From assembly GCA_028824965.1 (NCBI GenBank), contig JAPKBD010000002.1, forward strand, positions 1 through 53,818: DNA of 53,818 bases, given 5' to 3'. Each line of letters opens with the position of its first letter. Position 1 is the stretch's first letter. Shown piece by piece: positions 26,398 to 36,927 of this stretch. The position numbers were made by a program, and so were the translations under genes. The notes beneath the pieces were generated by a model that worked only from the letters and a program-made list of their open reading frames with translations, did not search any database and was not told the DNA's origin. Origin of the DNA: Alphaproteobacteria bacterium (GTDB lineage: Bacteria; Pseudomonadota; Alphaproteobacteria; GCA-2731375).

Positions 26398-27630
26398 TTA
26401 CGATGCCACTGGAGTGATCTGTGCCATGCGAATTTGCCGACTGTAAAGAAACGCAATAACAACAAGGTTCACAAGATTGAAGCAGACCCCGACCAGGAAA
26501 GCATCGGAATAACTGCCCGTGTAGTCAAAGATGGCGCCACCCAGCCAACCACCCAAAGCCATACCAAGGGCGGCAAATAGATATTGCGCCGCGATCCGCC
26601 AACCCGCCTGATGGACCGGAAAATACAGCCGGATCAGCAAAGCGTAACAGGGCATGATGCCTGAAAATCCAAGGCCAAACATAAAGGCCGCGATGTACAG
26701 ACCGCTCAAGGTATCGACCTGCGAGAAGACCAACAGCATCACCGCCTGACAGCTGGAGCCAATCAGCAATGTCCGAACCCCGCCAATACGGTCCGCCAAC
26801 ATGCCAAAGCCCAGGCGGCTGAAAAACGCGGCCCCGAACAGTACTGATAACAGTTCCGCCGCCCGCACCGGCGCAAAACCCAGGTCCGTGGCATAGCTGA
26901 ACAGGTGCACATTGGGCATGGCCATGGCGGCACAACAGCCGACAACGGCGATCCACATAGAAATTTGTACTGTGTTCGATGAAAGACCCAGCACTTGATG
27001 GGTTTGGCTGACGTTACCTGTGGCCGGGCCCAATGCAGCAGCTGGAGGCTTCGGCCTTAAAAACAAGGCCAATGGCACCATGGTGACGAGGGCGAAGATG
27101 CCATAATATTGATAGACATCCCGCCAACCGCCAGCATCATTCAGGTACCGCACCACAGGCGGCCAGATCACGCCTGCCACACCCTGGCCGGAGGCGATAA
27201 GGGCAATGGCCAGGCCCCGGCGACGGTCAAACCAACGTGTCGCATTGGCTACCAGAGGCGCGATCATCGCCGCCTTGCCCAACAATCCGATCAGGACACC
27301 ATTGGCCAGATACAGGCTCCATTTCCCCTCAGACTGCGCAGCCAGGAAGGAGCCCAGGGCAATCATCACAGCACCGAACAACACCGGCTGCATCACACCG
27401 CGTTTGTCCAGCCACCAGCCCATCCCGATGCCGCCAATACCCGTGCCCACCATCAACAGGGAATAGGCGAACGAGGGCACTGCGCGCGCCGTGCCCAGGT
27501 CTTCAGCAATAGGCTTCAAGGTGACAAACAGAATGTTCGGGGCACCAAGGCCGATGGTATGAATGATGAGGGAGACGAACAGGATCACCCAGCCATAGCG
27601 GACTTCTATACTGGTATCTTGCACGGACAT
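26398..27630 (-). CDS. MFS transporter
   Basis: 410 aa with about 12 TM helices. It carries an MFS loop (WLDKRG). Confidence 0.8.
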   Translation of the reverse strand: MSVQDTSIEVRYGWVILFVSLIIHTIGLGAPNILFVTLKPIAEDLGTARAVPSFAYSLLMVGTGIGGIGMGWWLDKRGVMQPVLFGAVMIALGSFLAAQSEGKWSLYLANGVLIGLLGKAAMIAPLVANATRWFDRRRGLAIALIASGQGVAGVIWPPVVRYLNDAGGWRDVYQYYGIFALVTMVPLALFLRPKPPAAALGPATGNVSQTHQVLGLSSNTVQISMWIAVVGCCAAMAMPNVHLFSYATDLGFAPVRAAELLSVLFGAAFFSRLGFGMLADRIGGVRTLLIGSSCQAVMLLVFSQVDTLSGLYIAAFMFGLGFSGIMPCYALLIRLYFPVHQAGWRIAAQYLFAALGMALGGWLGGAIFDYTGSYSDAFLVGVCFNLVNLVVIAFLYSRQIRMAQITPVAS

Positions 27631-27725
27631 ATTTTGGGGTATGACAATCTAAAAGGCGTTGCAGGTGCAGCCCTTGTCCTACACCGCCCCATCGACTGTC
27701 AAGCGGGCGGGGTAACGGCGCGGGT

Positions 27726-29342
27726 CTAAAGTTTCTTTTGGATGAGCGAGAGGATCTCGGCCAGCTTTTGATCCAAAGGCAGGGCCGCATCAATACGCTG
27801 CCATTCAATTGATCCTGCACCCGACGCTACCTGACGCGCCATCACCGCAGCATCTGCATCGGATGCATCAGATCCATTCCACTGGCGGTCCGCTATACGA
27901 CGGGCCATCAGATCGCGGTCGGCTTCCAGCCAGATCCCAATGAAGGGTACGCCGCATCGATCCGCCAGTGCTGCCAGATCGGCCCGCGATTGGCGATGGT
28001 TGTGGACAGCGTCGGCGATAACGCTATGGCCCGACGACAAGGCCTGTTCCGCCCGATCCCGCAGCTGGGCGTAGACCTTGGCGCTGATCTTGCTTTTATA
28101 AGCGCGCGGGCCCAGGGGGGTTTCAGGGTCCTGCCCCATCATCACCTTGCGCAATTCATCGCTGCGCAAATATACGGCACCGGGAACCGCGCCCAGCAAC
28201 GGCGCCAGGGCGGAGGCCAGATAGGATTTGCCGGAGCCGGAATAGCCGCCAACCGCTACCAATACCGGGGGCGGCGTCTCAAGAACAGTTAGGCCCAAGT
28301 CCAGATACTGCACCGCCTGGCCTCGCAGGTGCCGGTCATTGTCCTGGCCCGCCGCCCCAGTGGCCATGGTGGCCATGGTGGCGGTGACTTGGGTTCGGAT
28401 ACCCGCACGTAGAGATAAAAACAGGGGCAGCGCCGCCAATCCGCCCAGATCACCCGTACGCAGCAGATAGCGGTTAAAGACCTGGTTCGCCTGCCCCCGC
28501 AAGCCACGATGCCACAGGTCCATCAACAGAAAGGCCAGGTCGTAGAGAATATCATTCTGCGCCAGCCGATCATCGAATTCGATGGCGTCGAACAACCTTG
28601 GTTCACCCTCATCGAGATAAATATTGGCAAGGTGCAGATCACCATGGCCGTGGCGCACAAATCCCTTGGCGCGCCGGTCTTCCAACAATGCCCGTTGCAC
28701 CTCAACCGCCGCCAGCGTCCCCTTTGCCAAGGCCTTGGCCCGGGCCGGTTCGAACAGGTCGGGGATATAGCGGGCGATGGTTTTGGCATCACCACGGGCA
28801 ATACGCGCCAGCTCATCCGCCCCGCCCCAGGCGCTGGAAACCTCCGCCCCGTCATGAAAGGCCGCGATGGTATCTGCCAGGGCATGGACGACCTTCGGCG
28901 TGAAGGCATCATCTTCAACCACCCGGCTTAACAAAGCCTCATCGGGGAAGCGGCGCATTTTGACCAGCCACTCGACCACCTCGTTTGCGGCTGCATCGGA
29001 GGTCAAGCGAAGGTTGCCATCATCATCGCGGCGTACGGCCACAATTCCCAAATAAAGATTGGGGGCGGTGCGCCGGTTCAGGCGGATTTCGTTTACACAA
29101 ACCAAACGACGTTTTTCCAAGGTGGAAAAATCGAGATACGGCAACAGCACCTGCCGCTTCATCTTATAGGCGTGATCATCGGTTAGAAAAATAATCGCGC
29201 CATGGGTTTCAACACAGCGCACCATATCTGTGCTGGTGCCGGAACTGGGGTTGTTCGGCCTGTAACTTTCCGGGCGTTTGAGGAAATCAATGACGTCCTC
29301 TTGCCCTGGCTCCTGCCTCACTATTGCAGGTCCGGGTGCCAT
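27726..29342 (-). CDS. Bifunctional phosphotransferase-fold (APH-like) / P-loop kinase (AAA_33-like) protein
   Basis: The N-terminal half has a kinase-like HGDLHLANIYLD...FDAIEF motif. The C-terminal half has the Walker A motif GGYSGSGKSYLA. It overlaps the upstream CDF gene by 22 nt. Confidence 0.65.
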   Translation of the reverse strand: MAPGPAIVRQEPGQEDVIDFLKRPESYRPNNPSSGTSTDMVRCVETHGAIIFLTDDHAYKMKRQVLLPYLDFSTLEKRRLVCVNEIRLNRRTAPNLYLGIVAVRRDDDGNLRLTSDAAANEVVEWLVKMRRFPDEALLSRVVEDDAFTPKVVHALADTIAAFHDGAEVSSAWGGADELARIARGDAKTIARYIPDLFEPARAKALAKGTLAAVEVQRALLEDRRAKGFVRHGHGDLHLANIYLDEGEPRLFDAIEFDDRLAQNDILYDLAFLLMDLWHRGLRGQANQVFNRYLLRTGDLGGLAALPLFLSLRAGIRTQVTATMATMATGAAGQDNDRHLRGQAVQYLDLGLTVLETPPPVLVAVGGYSGSGKSYLASALAPLLGAVPGAVYLRSDELRKVMMGQDPETPLGPRAYKSKISAKVYAQLRDRAEQALSSGHSVIADAVHNHRQSRADLAALADRCGVPFIGIWLEADRDLMARRIADRQWNGSDASDADAAVMARQVASGAGSIEWQRIDAALPLDQKLAEILSLIQKKL

Positions 29343-30322
29343 TCTTCCAAACCTGCCGGGTCTTGATGGATAATGACTTCCGCATCGGGAAACGCGGCCT
29401 GGATTGCGGCCTCCACCTGATCGGCGATTTCGTGGGATTGCAACAAAGTCAGGGCGCCATCCAATTCCATATGCAACTGAATAAAGCTCTGGATGCCCGA
29501 TGACCGTGTCCGCATGTCATGGACATTTTCCACGCTGTCATGGGCCATGGCGATTTGTCGAATTTGTTGGCGCTGATCATCCGGCAATTCCCGGTCCATT
29601 AATTGGTCCAGGGCACTACGGATAATGCCCCAGGCACCGAACAGGATATAGCCGGCCACGATCAAGGCGATGATCGCATCCGCATAAATCCAGCCAAATC
29701 GGCCGGCCATAATCAAGGCAATGATAACCCCAATGTTGGCAACAATATCACCACGGTAATGGACGGAGTCAGCGGCAATAGCGATGGATTTGGTTTTCCT
29801 GACCACATGGCGCTGAAACAACACCAGGGCGATGGTCAACACCAATGACAACACCATGACCGCGATACCAATGTCATCACGGGCGATAGCGCGCGGTTCG
29901 ATCAGGCGTTGCACCGCCTCAGCCACCAAAAATAAGGCGGACCCGGAAATAAACGCCGTTTGAGCCAGGCCGGCCAAGGCCTCCGCCTTGCCATGACCAA
30001 AGCGATGTTCCCGATCCGCCGGCGTTAGCGCATGGGCGACCGCATACATATTGACCAGGGATGCCCCCACATCCAGGACCGAGTCCATCAAAGAGCTTAA
30101 AATGGCGACCGAATCCGTCATGAACCAAGCGCCAAGCTTGGCCACAATCAAGGTTCCCGCCACAGCCACCGCGGCATAGGTGGCAAGCCGCAATAACCGC
30201 GCATTAGGACTATTGGCACCAGTCATGGGACCGGTCTTGGGACCAGCTGCCGTGCCAGATACAGTCTTGGCATGTTCAGAAGCTTGATTTTCGCTGTTCA
30301 CAGCATTTTCGGCCTTATTCAC
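29321..30322 (-). CDS. Cation diffusion facilitator (FieF-like) metal efflux transporter
   Basis: Segments SVAILSSLMDSVLDVGASLVN and ADSVHYRGDIVANIGVIIAL, plus a C-terminal cytoplasmic domain. Confidence 0.85.
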   Translation of the reverse strand: MNKAENAVNSENQASEHAKTVSGTAAGPKTGPMTGANSPNARLLRLATYAAVAVAGTLIVAKLGAWFMTDSVAILSSLMDSVLDVGASLVNMYAVAHALTPADREHRFGHGKAEALAGLAQTAFISGSALFLVAEAVQRLIEPRAIARDDIGIAVMVLSLVLTIALVLFQRHVVRKTKSIAIAADSVHYRGDIVANIGVIIALIMAGRFGWIYADAIIALIVAGYILFGAWGIIRSALDQLMDRELPDDQRQQIRQIAMAHDSVENVHDMRTRSSGIQSFIQLHMELDGALTLLQSHEIADQVEAAIQAAFPDAEVIIHQDPAGLEEWHPDLQ

Positions 30323-30499
30323 GTTTGATTGCGATCTTCAAATTAGAGATTCTACGCTAGTGGTCTGGTATGTTCGTCCTATATATATGACATCTAGACA
30401 TCATCTTCATGCGGCGCGGTGTCGCAAAGTAATATTTTTTGGTCTACGGCTATAATATCACCATTGATTTCTAGCCTGTGGCTAAATCATCGCTGTTGA

Positions 30500-31000
30500 A
30501 TGGATACGAACATGATACGAAACGCACGTTATATCGCAACGGGGCTGATGGCCCTCTTCCTCTCCGTGGCCCTGTCCGCCTGTCAGACGGGCGGCGAAAA
30601 ACAAACCCTGGGCACATTGCTGGGTGCCGTCGGCGGTGCTGTCGTGGGCAGCCAGATCGGCAGCGGCAGTGGCACTATCGTCGCTGTGGCCGCAGGTACA
30701 TTACTGGGCGCATATGCGGGCAGCAAAATAGGCAAGTCATTGGACAGTGCTGATCGCCTCGCCATGCAGCAAACGACACATAAATCTTTGGAGAATACAC
30801 CATCGGGCAATGCGGTCAGTTGGCGTAATCCAGATAGTGGCCATTCAGGCACCGTCACACCGCAACCGTCCTACAAAAACGCCACCGGCCAATATTGCCG
30901 GGAGTATGAACAGACGATCACTGTGGATGGACGGACAGAGACGGCCTATGGCACAGCCTGCCGTCAGGCGGATGGAAGTTGGAAAATCATCAACAGCTAG
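30500..31000 (+). CDS. Outer-membrane lipoprotein with a glycine-zipper (17-kDa surface antigen-like) N-terminus and a SH3-like C-terminus
   Basis: Lipobox LSAC, the glycine zipper LGAVGGAVVGSQIGSGSGTIVAVAAGTLLGAYAGSKIG, and then WRNPDSGHSGTVTP...YCREYEQTI. Confidence 0.7.
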   Translation: MDTNMIRNARYIATGLMALFLSVALSACQTGGEKQTLGTLLGAVGGAVVGSQIGSGSGTIVAVAAGTLLGAYAGSKIGKSLDSADRLAMQQTTHKSLENTPSGNAVSWRNPDSGHSGTVTPQPSYKNATGQYCREYEQTITVDGRTETAYGTACRQADGSWKIINS

Positions 31001-31031
31001 GCGCTGGCAATTTATCCAGTATGGGACCGTA

Positions 31032-32420
31032 ATGCGCATGAAGCAGGGCCGGGCGCGGTCCATGGCCAGCGCACCGTGGGTTTCATTGGGCATTTCGTTG
31101 TGTGCTGTCTTGTGGCTGTCGCCTTTTGCCCCCGCCAAAGCGCAGAGCCAAGACCCGGCCACAATAGCGCCAACCGAAACACCCGCCCAATCCTTTGACG
31201 CGGGTGTGAAGGCCTATGACGGTGGGGAGTACAAGGCTGCCCATGATATCTGGTTGCCCTGGGCCCATCGGGGCGACCCAGCCGCCCAACGCAATCTGGC
31301 CCATTTGTATCGTATGGGTCTGGGCGTGCCGCAAAACTTCGTCCAGGCCGCTTCCTGGTACCGCCTGGCAGCAGATAGCGGCCTGGCACGGGCCCAGGCG
31401 AACCTGGCAACAATGTATCTGCGTGGCCAAGGGGTTGCCCAAGACCCGAAAGAAGCCGCGTTCTGGTTTACCTCCGCCGCCACCAATGGCCATGCCCTGG
31501 CGCAGTTTAATCTTGCCCTGCTGTATCTTCGCGGTGAAGGGGTGGAACGGTCGGAGCCAAAGGCGGCAGGCTGGCTGTATCTGGCGACGAAGGCTGGGTA
31601 CGAGCCGGCGATCCGCGCTTTGGCAAAACTGGTACCAAATATTTCCGGCCCGGCCGGACCACCCAATCCGCCACCTAAAATCCTGGCCAAAAACCCGACT
31701 AAAAATCTTGCTAAACCCCAGGCGAAAAAGCTGCCCCCCGCAACTGAGCCAACCGCTCCAACCGCCCCAAAGGTTCCGGCAACTCCGGCAGCCCCCACCG
31801 CCAGTGTCACAGACACCGCTAAAGTAGATGAGGCCCTGATCAAGGACCCTGAGCCGGTAAAGGTTGCTTTAGGCGAAAATACACCGATGGTCCCCGTTGC
31901 AACGAAGCTGCCCATGGAAACGCCAAAGCAACCTACAGCCCAGATCACAGGGCAAACAGTGGGCAAGGTTGAAAAAATTGCTACATCGCCGCCCGAGAGC
32001 GAAGCCGTCATATCCCTGGACGCTATATTGTCCTTTTTTGACACCTCCCAGGATTCGGAGTTAAGCGGCGATCATGACGTCACCCTGAACGGACACAGAG
32101 CAGAGGTTAACCAACGCAATTTAACCGCTGGACTGATCGCCTTCCACGCGGCCAATTACGCCATCGCCCGGGATCGTTGGCTGCCTTTGGCGGAGAATGG
32201 CCATGCGGAGGCGCAGTTTCAGTTGGGCAAGCTGTATCTTCACAACGGCTTTGTAGAAGCGAACCGGCCGTGGGGATATTATTGGTTGTCCCAAGCAGCA
32301 GTCCAAGAACATCCCGGCGCCGCTGCACAAAAGACCACCTTGGCCAAATCCATGACAGATGATGAACGCGAGGCGGCACAAAAACTGATTGAGGAGGTGC
32401 GGATAGAAAAGGCGGAATGA
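31032..32420 (+). CDS. Secreted Sel1-repeat protein with a Pro/Ala/Lys-rich linker
   Basis: ATG 31032 gives the signal peptide MRMKQGRARSMASAPWVSLGISLCAVLWLSPFAPAKA. Sel1 units follow (AQRNLAHLYRMGLGVPQNFVQAASWY...). The upstream part of ORF 30747 overlaps the lipoprotein gene and is rejected. Confidence 0.75.
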   Translation: MRMKQGRARSMASAPWVSLGISLCAVLWLSPFAPAKAQSQDPATIAPTETPAQSFDAGVKAYDGGEYKAAHDIWLPWAHRGDPAAQRNLAHLYRMGLGVPQNFVQAASWYRLAADSGLARAQANLATMYLRGQGVAQDPKEAAFWFTSAATNGHALAQFNLALLYLRGEGVERSEPKAAGWLYLATKAGYEPAIRALAKLVPNISGPAGPPNPPPKILAKNPTKNLAKPQAKKLPPATEPTAPTAPKVPATPAAPTASVTDTAKVDEALIKDPEPVKVALGENTPMVPVATKLPMETPKQPTAQITGQTVGKVEKIATSPPESEAVISLDAILSFFDTSQDSELSGDHDVTLNGHRAEVNQRNLTAGLIAFHAANYAIARDRWLPLAENGHAEAQFQLGKLYLHNGFVEANRPWGYYWLSQAAVQEHPGAAAQKTTLAKSMTDDEREAAQKLIEEVRIEKAE

Positions 32421-32603
32421 TCAGGACGGATCATTGGGGCATTGGGGCAAAAAATATGTGGCATTTTTGCATCATATATTTCCTCTTACTCTGTTAACCC
32501 ATCTCTATCGTAACCATATTAATGTAGGAGCGCGCCTGCTGACGCGCTATATGCTTGTCTAATTGGTTCTGAATCCGAGTTTTTTGTTTGGGAATGGGTG
32601 ATT

Positions 32604-33587
32604 ATGCGTGATCCTTACTCTGTCTTGGGCGTACCCGCCACGGCCAGCGATGGCGAGGTCAAAAAAGCCTATCATCGTCTGGCAAAAGAGTTACATCCGG
32701 ATTTAAACCCAGACGATTCCGTCGTTGCCGAACGCTTTAAGGAGGTTTCAGCCGCCTATTCCCTGGTTGGTGATGCTGCCCAACGCAGACGCTTTGACAG
32801 CGGTGAAATCGATGCCGGTGGTCAAGACAAAGCCCGCTATCGCTATGAATATGCTGGCGGGCCCGGTGGCCGTGGGGGCCAGGGCGGACCCGGTGCCGGC
32901 TTTGGCGGTGGCTTTAATTCCGAAGATATCTTCGGCGAATTCTTCTCCAACATGCGCGGCGGTGACCCCAGAGGTCGGGGCGGCCAGGCCAGACAACAAA
33001 AAGGCCCGGATCGATCCTATAAAATCACCGTTGATTTTCTGGATGCCGCAAAGGGTTCAACCCGTCGCATTACCCTGCCTGACGGCCGAATGCTGGACGT
33101 TCGCATTCCCGCGGGCATAGAGGACGGCAAGCAAATCCGCCTGCGCGGCCAGGGTGACCCTGGACCTGCGGGTGCCGGCGATGCTCTGGTCGAAGTCAGC
33201 GTACGCAAACACAAACAATTCCGGCGCGAGGGGTTGGATGTTCACCTCGACCTAGCCCTGGATCTGGCCAGCGCCGTCCTGGGCGGCAAGATAGAAGTGC
33301 CGACCATCGACGGTGCCGTCACCATGAAAATTCCAAAAGGCACCAACAGTGGCAAAACCCTGCGCCTAAAGGGCAAGGGCATATTGCCGCCAAGGGCCGA
33401 CACTGCCGGCAACCAATATGTGCACTTACAAGTCACCTTGCCTGACCCGCCGGACCCTGAATTGACCGCCCTGTTGGAAAGCTGGGCGCAAGACCAGGCT
33501 GAAAAATTGGAACCCAGTCCCGAGGACCCCGACATCGCGGCAACGGGCAGCGCCGCTACCGACAGCACCAAAACGGATAGCGAATAA
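32604..33587 (+). CDS. J-domain co-chaperone lacking the zinc finger (CbpA/DnaJ-C-terminal type)
   Basis: The J domain is DPYSVLGVPATASDGEVKKAYHRLAKELHPDLNP. It is followed by a G-rich linker and DnaJ_C beta-domains (ITVDFLDAAKGSTRRITL...). There is no CxxCxGxG repeat. Confidence 0.8.
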   Translation: MRDPYSVLGVPATASDGEVKKAYHRLAKELHPDLNPDDSVVAERFKEVSAAYSLVGDAAQRRRFDSGEIDAGGQDKARYRYEYAGGPGGRGGQGGPGAGFGGGFNSEDIFGEFFSNMRGGDPRGRGGQARQQKGPDRSYKITVDFLDAAKGSTRRITLPDGRMLDVRIPAGIEDGKQIRLRGQGDPGPAGAGDALVEVSVRKHKQFRREGLDVHLDLALDLASAVLGGKIEVPTIDGAVTMKIPKGTNSGKTLRLKGKGILPPRADTAGNQYVHLQVTLPDPPDPELTALLESWAQDQAEKLEPSPEDPDIAATGSAATDSTKTDSE

Positions 33588-33801
33588 TCGAACCTAATGC
33601 GACGAACTGGGCACGGCAGGCCAAGTGAGTGGCGGGCACAATATTGCAGGTGAGGCGTCCGTCTCGCCGACCCAAATCCCGCATAATGCCAGGTAAACAA
33701 GATTTTTGCAGCCACATGGCTACCTTGGTGTAGAATGGGGCAAGCAATTGACAATACGGTAGTTTCGGCCGTTTTAGCGGGCAGTTACAGTGGGGCAAAG
33801 A

Positions 33802-34611
33802 ATGTCTGGAGCAAATTTACTGGCAGGCAAGCGTGGTCTGATCATGGGTGTCGCGAACGAACGTTCGATCGCATGGGGGGTGGCGAAGGCTGCCGCCGAA
33901 CAGGGCGCAGAATTGGCCTTTACCTTTCAGGGGGCGGCGTTGGAAAAGCGCGTGCGCCCCTTGGCAGCGTCCGTGGAATCCGAAATGGTCATGCCCTGCG
34001 ATGTGACGGACGATGCCTCTATGGATGCAGTGTTTGAACAGATCACGGAAAAATGGGGCGGTCTGGATTTTATGGTTCACGCCATCGCCTATGCGGACAA
34101 GGATGAACTGAAAGGCCGCTATGTGGATACCACGGCAGGCAACTTTGCCCGCTCCGTCGATATCTCCTGCTATTCCTTCACGACCCTGTGCCAGCGAGCG
34201 GAAAAATTGATGCCGAACGGTGGCTCCATTGTCACCTTGACCTATTATGGTGCTGAGCGGGTGATGCCCCATTATAACGTCATGGGCGTCGCCAAGGCGG
34301 CGTTGGAGGCGAGCGTGCGCTATCTGGCGGCCGATCTGGGGCCAAACAATATTCGCGTCAACTCCATTTCCGCCGGGCCTATCAAAACACTGGCCGCCTC
34401 AGGCATCGGGGATTTTCGCTATATCCTGAAATGGAACGAATATAATTCACCTATGCGCCGCAACGTCGGGATTGATGAAGTGGGCGGTGCCGCCATGTAT
34501 CTGTTGAGTGATCTGGGCAGCGCCGTCACGGGTGAGACCCATCATGTGGATTGCGGCTATAACGTGGTCGGCATGAAAGCCGTGGACGCGCCCGATATCT
34601 CGACCGTCTAA
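33802..34611 (+). CDS. fabI: Enoyl-[acyl-carrier-protein] reductase (NADH)
   Basis: Segments [24 protein letters not shown] and [19 protein letters not shown]...ISAGPIKT. Confidence 0.9.
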   Translation: MSGANLLAGKRGLIMGVANERSIAWGVAKAAAEQGAELAFTFQGAALEKRVRPLAASVESEMVMPCDVTDDASMDAVFEQITEKWGGLDFMVHAIAYADKDELKGRYVDTTAGNFARSVDISCYSFTTLCQRAEKLMPNGGSIVTLTYYGAERVMPHYNVMGVAKAALEASVRYLAADLGPNNIRVNSISAGPIKTLAASGIGDFRYILKWNEYNSPMRRNVGIDEVGGAAMYLLSDLGSAVTGETHHVDCGYNVVGMKAVDAPDISTV

Positions 34612-34625
34612 GAGTCGGGAATACC

Positions 34626-35696
34626 ATGTCGCACAACAGTTTTGGCCATATGTTTCGGGTTACCACCTGGGGCGAAAGTCACGGACCGGCCATCGGCTGT
34701 GTCATTGACGGCACACCGCCGCTGCTGGATCTAAGCGAAGAAGACATTCAGCCGTGGCTGGACCGACGGCGTCCCGGCACCTCGCGCTTTGTCACCCAGC
34801 GTCAGGAAACAGATCAGGTGCAAATTCTGTCCGGCGTTTACGAGGGGCAGACCACGGGCACGCCGATCAGCCTGATGATCGAGAACGTGGATCAACGTTC
34901 CAAAGATTACAGCGCCATCGCCAACACCTATCGTCCCGGCCATGCGGATTATGCCTATCAAAGCAAATACGGCATTCGCGACCCCCGTGGTGGCGGTCGT
35001 GCCTCGGCCCGGGAAACCGCCTGCCGGGTTGCAGCAGGCGCTGTCGCGCGCAAGGTTCTAGGCCCGGGCATCGTGATCCGCGCTGCGCTGCGCCAGGTTG
35101 GTGAACATAGTGTCGCTGACGAAAACTGGGATTGGGATGCTGTTGGCACAAACGCCTTCAATTGTCCCGACAGCGCCATGGCGAAAATTTGGGAAGATTA
35201 TCTGGACGGCATCCGTAAGGCGGGGTCATCGGTGGGCGCGGTGGTGGAGGTTCATGCATCCGGCGTACCAGCTGGTTGGGGCGCACCTGTGTATGGCAAG
35301 TTGGATACGGATTTGGCCGCTGCAATGATGAGCATCAACGCAGTCAAAGGCGTGGAAATCGGTTCTGGTTTCGCTGCCGCGCGCATGCAGGGGGAAGACG
35401 CGGCGGACGAAATGCTGCCCGGCAACGACGGTCCCAGTTTCACCGCCAACAATAACGGTGGTGTCTTGGGCGGGATATCTTCGGGCCAGGATGTTGTGGT
35501 TCGTTTCGCGGTCAAACCCACGTCATCGATCCTGACACCACGACGCAGTATCGACAAAAGTGGTGCCGCAACTGATGTAGTGACCAAAGGCCGCCATGAC
35601 CCGTGCGTCGGCATTCGCGCCGTCCCCGTGGGAGAGGCCATGATGGCCTGTGTTCTGGCCGACCACATGTTGCGAAATCGTGCGCAGGTCGGTTAG
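34626..35696 (+). CDS. aroC: Chorismate synthase
   Basis: Segments [33 protein letters not shown] and [14 protein letters not shown]. Confidence 0.95.
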   Translation: MSHNSFGHMFRVTTWGESHGPAIGCVIDGTPPLLDLSEEDIQPWLDRRRPGTSRFVTQRQETDQVQILSGVYEGQTTGTPISLMIENVDQRSKDYSAIANTYRPGHADYAYQSKYGIRDPRGGGRASARETACRVAAGAVARKVLGPGIVIRAALRQVGEHSVADENWDWDAVGTNAFNCPDSAMAKIWEDYLDGIRKAGSSVGAVVEVHASGVPAGWGAPVYGKLDTDLAAAMMSINAVKGVEIGSGFAAARMQGEDAADEMLPGNDGPSFTANNNGGVLGGISSGQDVVVRFAVKPTSSILTPRRSIDKSGAATDVVTKGRHDPCVGIRAVPVGEAMMACVLADHMLRNRAQVG

Positions 35697-35705
35697 GCCA
35701 TAGAT

Positions 35706-35894
35706 ATGACCCGACAACAACTGCATGGCATCGCAGCGCTAATGCTCATTGCAGCGGGCGGTCTGTTTCTTTTCACAGACACTGTGCCCCCTGCCTTTGC
35801 CGGCTTGGGCATGATCGTTGCCGCCGCCCTGATCATGGCTTTCGCCTGGTACCAAGATCGAAATGGGGACCGGAATGGGGAACCTGAAGCGTAA
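35706..35894 (+). CDS. Small hypothetical membrane protein (2 TM)
   Basis: 62-aa ORF with two hydrophobic helices. It is supported only by ORF context. Confidence 0.3.
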   Translation: MTRQQLHGIAALMLIAAGGLFLFTDTVPPAFAGLGMIVAAALIMAFAWYQDRNGDRNGEPEA

Positions 35895-35895
35895 C

Positions 35896-36555
35896 TTAAA
35901 AATTTGCCGTCAAAAATTCGCTCATGCTTGACCATGCCTGATTGGCGCAGGTCGGATCATAGATGGTGGCCGTTTCATTAAAGAAGCCATGGGCTGCGTC
36001 ATAGCGGATGACCTCTGCATTCACGCCGGCGCCAGACATAGCCGCCTCTAGCCCATCCACGGCCGCCGGCGTGCACCAGTCATCCTGGTTGGCGAAATGG
36101 CATTGCAGGGGAATGGTGATTTTGGCCGGGTCGGCGACCTCCCCAGGCGGGATGCCATAGAAACAAACCCCCAAAGACACCTCCCGTACATGAACGGCGG
36201 CAGCGATGGTCAGGGCCCCGCCCATGCAGAACCCCATCACACCGACCGGGCCGCCGATATTTTGCAGATGTTGCGCCGCACCGCGAACGTCCTGAACCGT
36301 GGCACCGGCAAAATCCAGGCCGCTCATCATATGGTTGGCCTCGTCCGGTTCCTGCGTCACCCGGCCCTCATACAGATCAGGGGCCAGGGCGTTATAGCCG
36401 GCCCGTGCGAAACGATCCGCCACACCGCAGATCTGGTCATTCAGGCCCCACCATTCCTGAATAACAATCAAAGACGGGCGATCCGCACCTGCGGTCGCCA
36501 AATAACCTTTTGTGCTGCCGCCGTCCGGCCTGGCAAAATCAATCATCGTGCCCAT
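35896..36555 (-). CDS. Dienelactone hydrolase family protein
   Basis: Segment VIQEWWGLN...APDLYEG, the nucleophile elbow GFCMGG, and a C-terminal AAHGFFN. Confidence 0.8.
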   Translation of the reverse strand: MGTMIDFARPDGGSTKGYLATAGADRPSLIVIQEWWGLNDQICGVADRFARAGYNALAPDLYEGRVTQEPDEANHMMSGLDFAGATVQDVRGAAQHLQNIGGPVGVMGFCMGGALTIAAAVHVREVSLGVCFYGIPPGEVADPAKITIPLQCHFANQDDWCTPAAVDGLEAAMSGAGVNAEVIRYDAAHGFFNETATIYDPTCANQAWSSMSEFLTANF

Positions 36556-36577
36556 CTTCAGTCTCCCAATTCCGTCG

Positions 36578-36907
36578 CTATTTTATATTCAGACCCGAGA
36601 GTACCAGAAATACGTGGGAATCCAATTCCAGCCAACGCACCCCAATCTCACCTTCCTTGGTAACGCGTACCACTTCTGCCAGGCAATCACCGGAATTGCC
36701 CAGGCCAATGCCGCTGATATAGCCTTCAAAGGTGTCCCCTACCCGCATGCGTGTGTCTGGCGGTGGCAACAAACAGCCCCCAAGGGACCAATCAATCGCG
36801 CGCACACGACGGTCATGATATTTGACGTACAAAGGCGGCCGGCGATAACGAGCATGTTCCCGACGATCTAACCCAAGGGCGCGGCGAATAAAATTCAGCA
36901 GGGCCAT
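36578..36907 (-). CDS. Stand-alone PilZ-domain protein (putative c-di-GMP receptor)
   Basis: RREHAR (RxxxR) is followed about 20 aa later by IDWSLGG (D/NxSxxG); 109 aa. Confidence 0.6.
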   Translation of the reverse strand: MALLNFIRRALGLDRREHARYRRPPLYVKYHDRRVRAIDWSLGGCLLPPPDTRMRVGDTFEGYISGIGLGNSGDCLAEVVRVTKEGEIGVRWLELDSHVFLVLSGLNIK

Positions 36908-36927
36908 AGGTGCAGTTTAGCGAGGGA

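Noticed and set aside
29321-30322. CDF transporter as a possible magnetosome MamB/MamM homologue
   Set aside because: No other mam/mms genes are nearby. The sequence and context fit a generic FieF-type efflux protein.
30451-30456. Perfect TATAAT hexamer 44 bp upstream of the lipoprotein gene
   Set aside because: There is no acceptable -35 (TTGACA-like) hexamer at 16-19 bp spacing. A single hexamer in AT-rich spacer DNA is not enough to call a promoter.
30747-31031. N-terminal extensions offered by the ORF track. Affected ORFs: 30747 for the Sel1 gene, 21825 for the sixA-like gene, 15111 for cbiX, 45144 for the ACAD, 19229 for the DUF2628 gene, 18555 for hslV, 41011 for dxs, 6531 for the isomerase, and 9712 for the P460-like gene.
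   Set aside because: Each extension overlaps the preceding gene or a repeat element and adds residues foreign to the family. In each case an internal ATG or GTG has a better-placed Shine-Dalgarno sequence or stop-start coupling.
31214-32044. 276-aa minus-strand ORF, with similar long antisense ORFs at 10559-11305, 37576-38268, 41706-42425, 47355-48041 and 52327-53007
   Set aside because: All are antisense to genes with clear family motifs and have the skewed Arg/Gly/Ala/Pro composition typical of GC-rich shadow frames.
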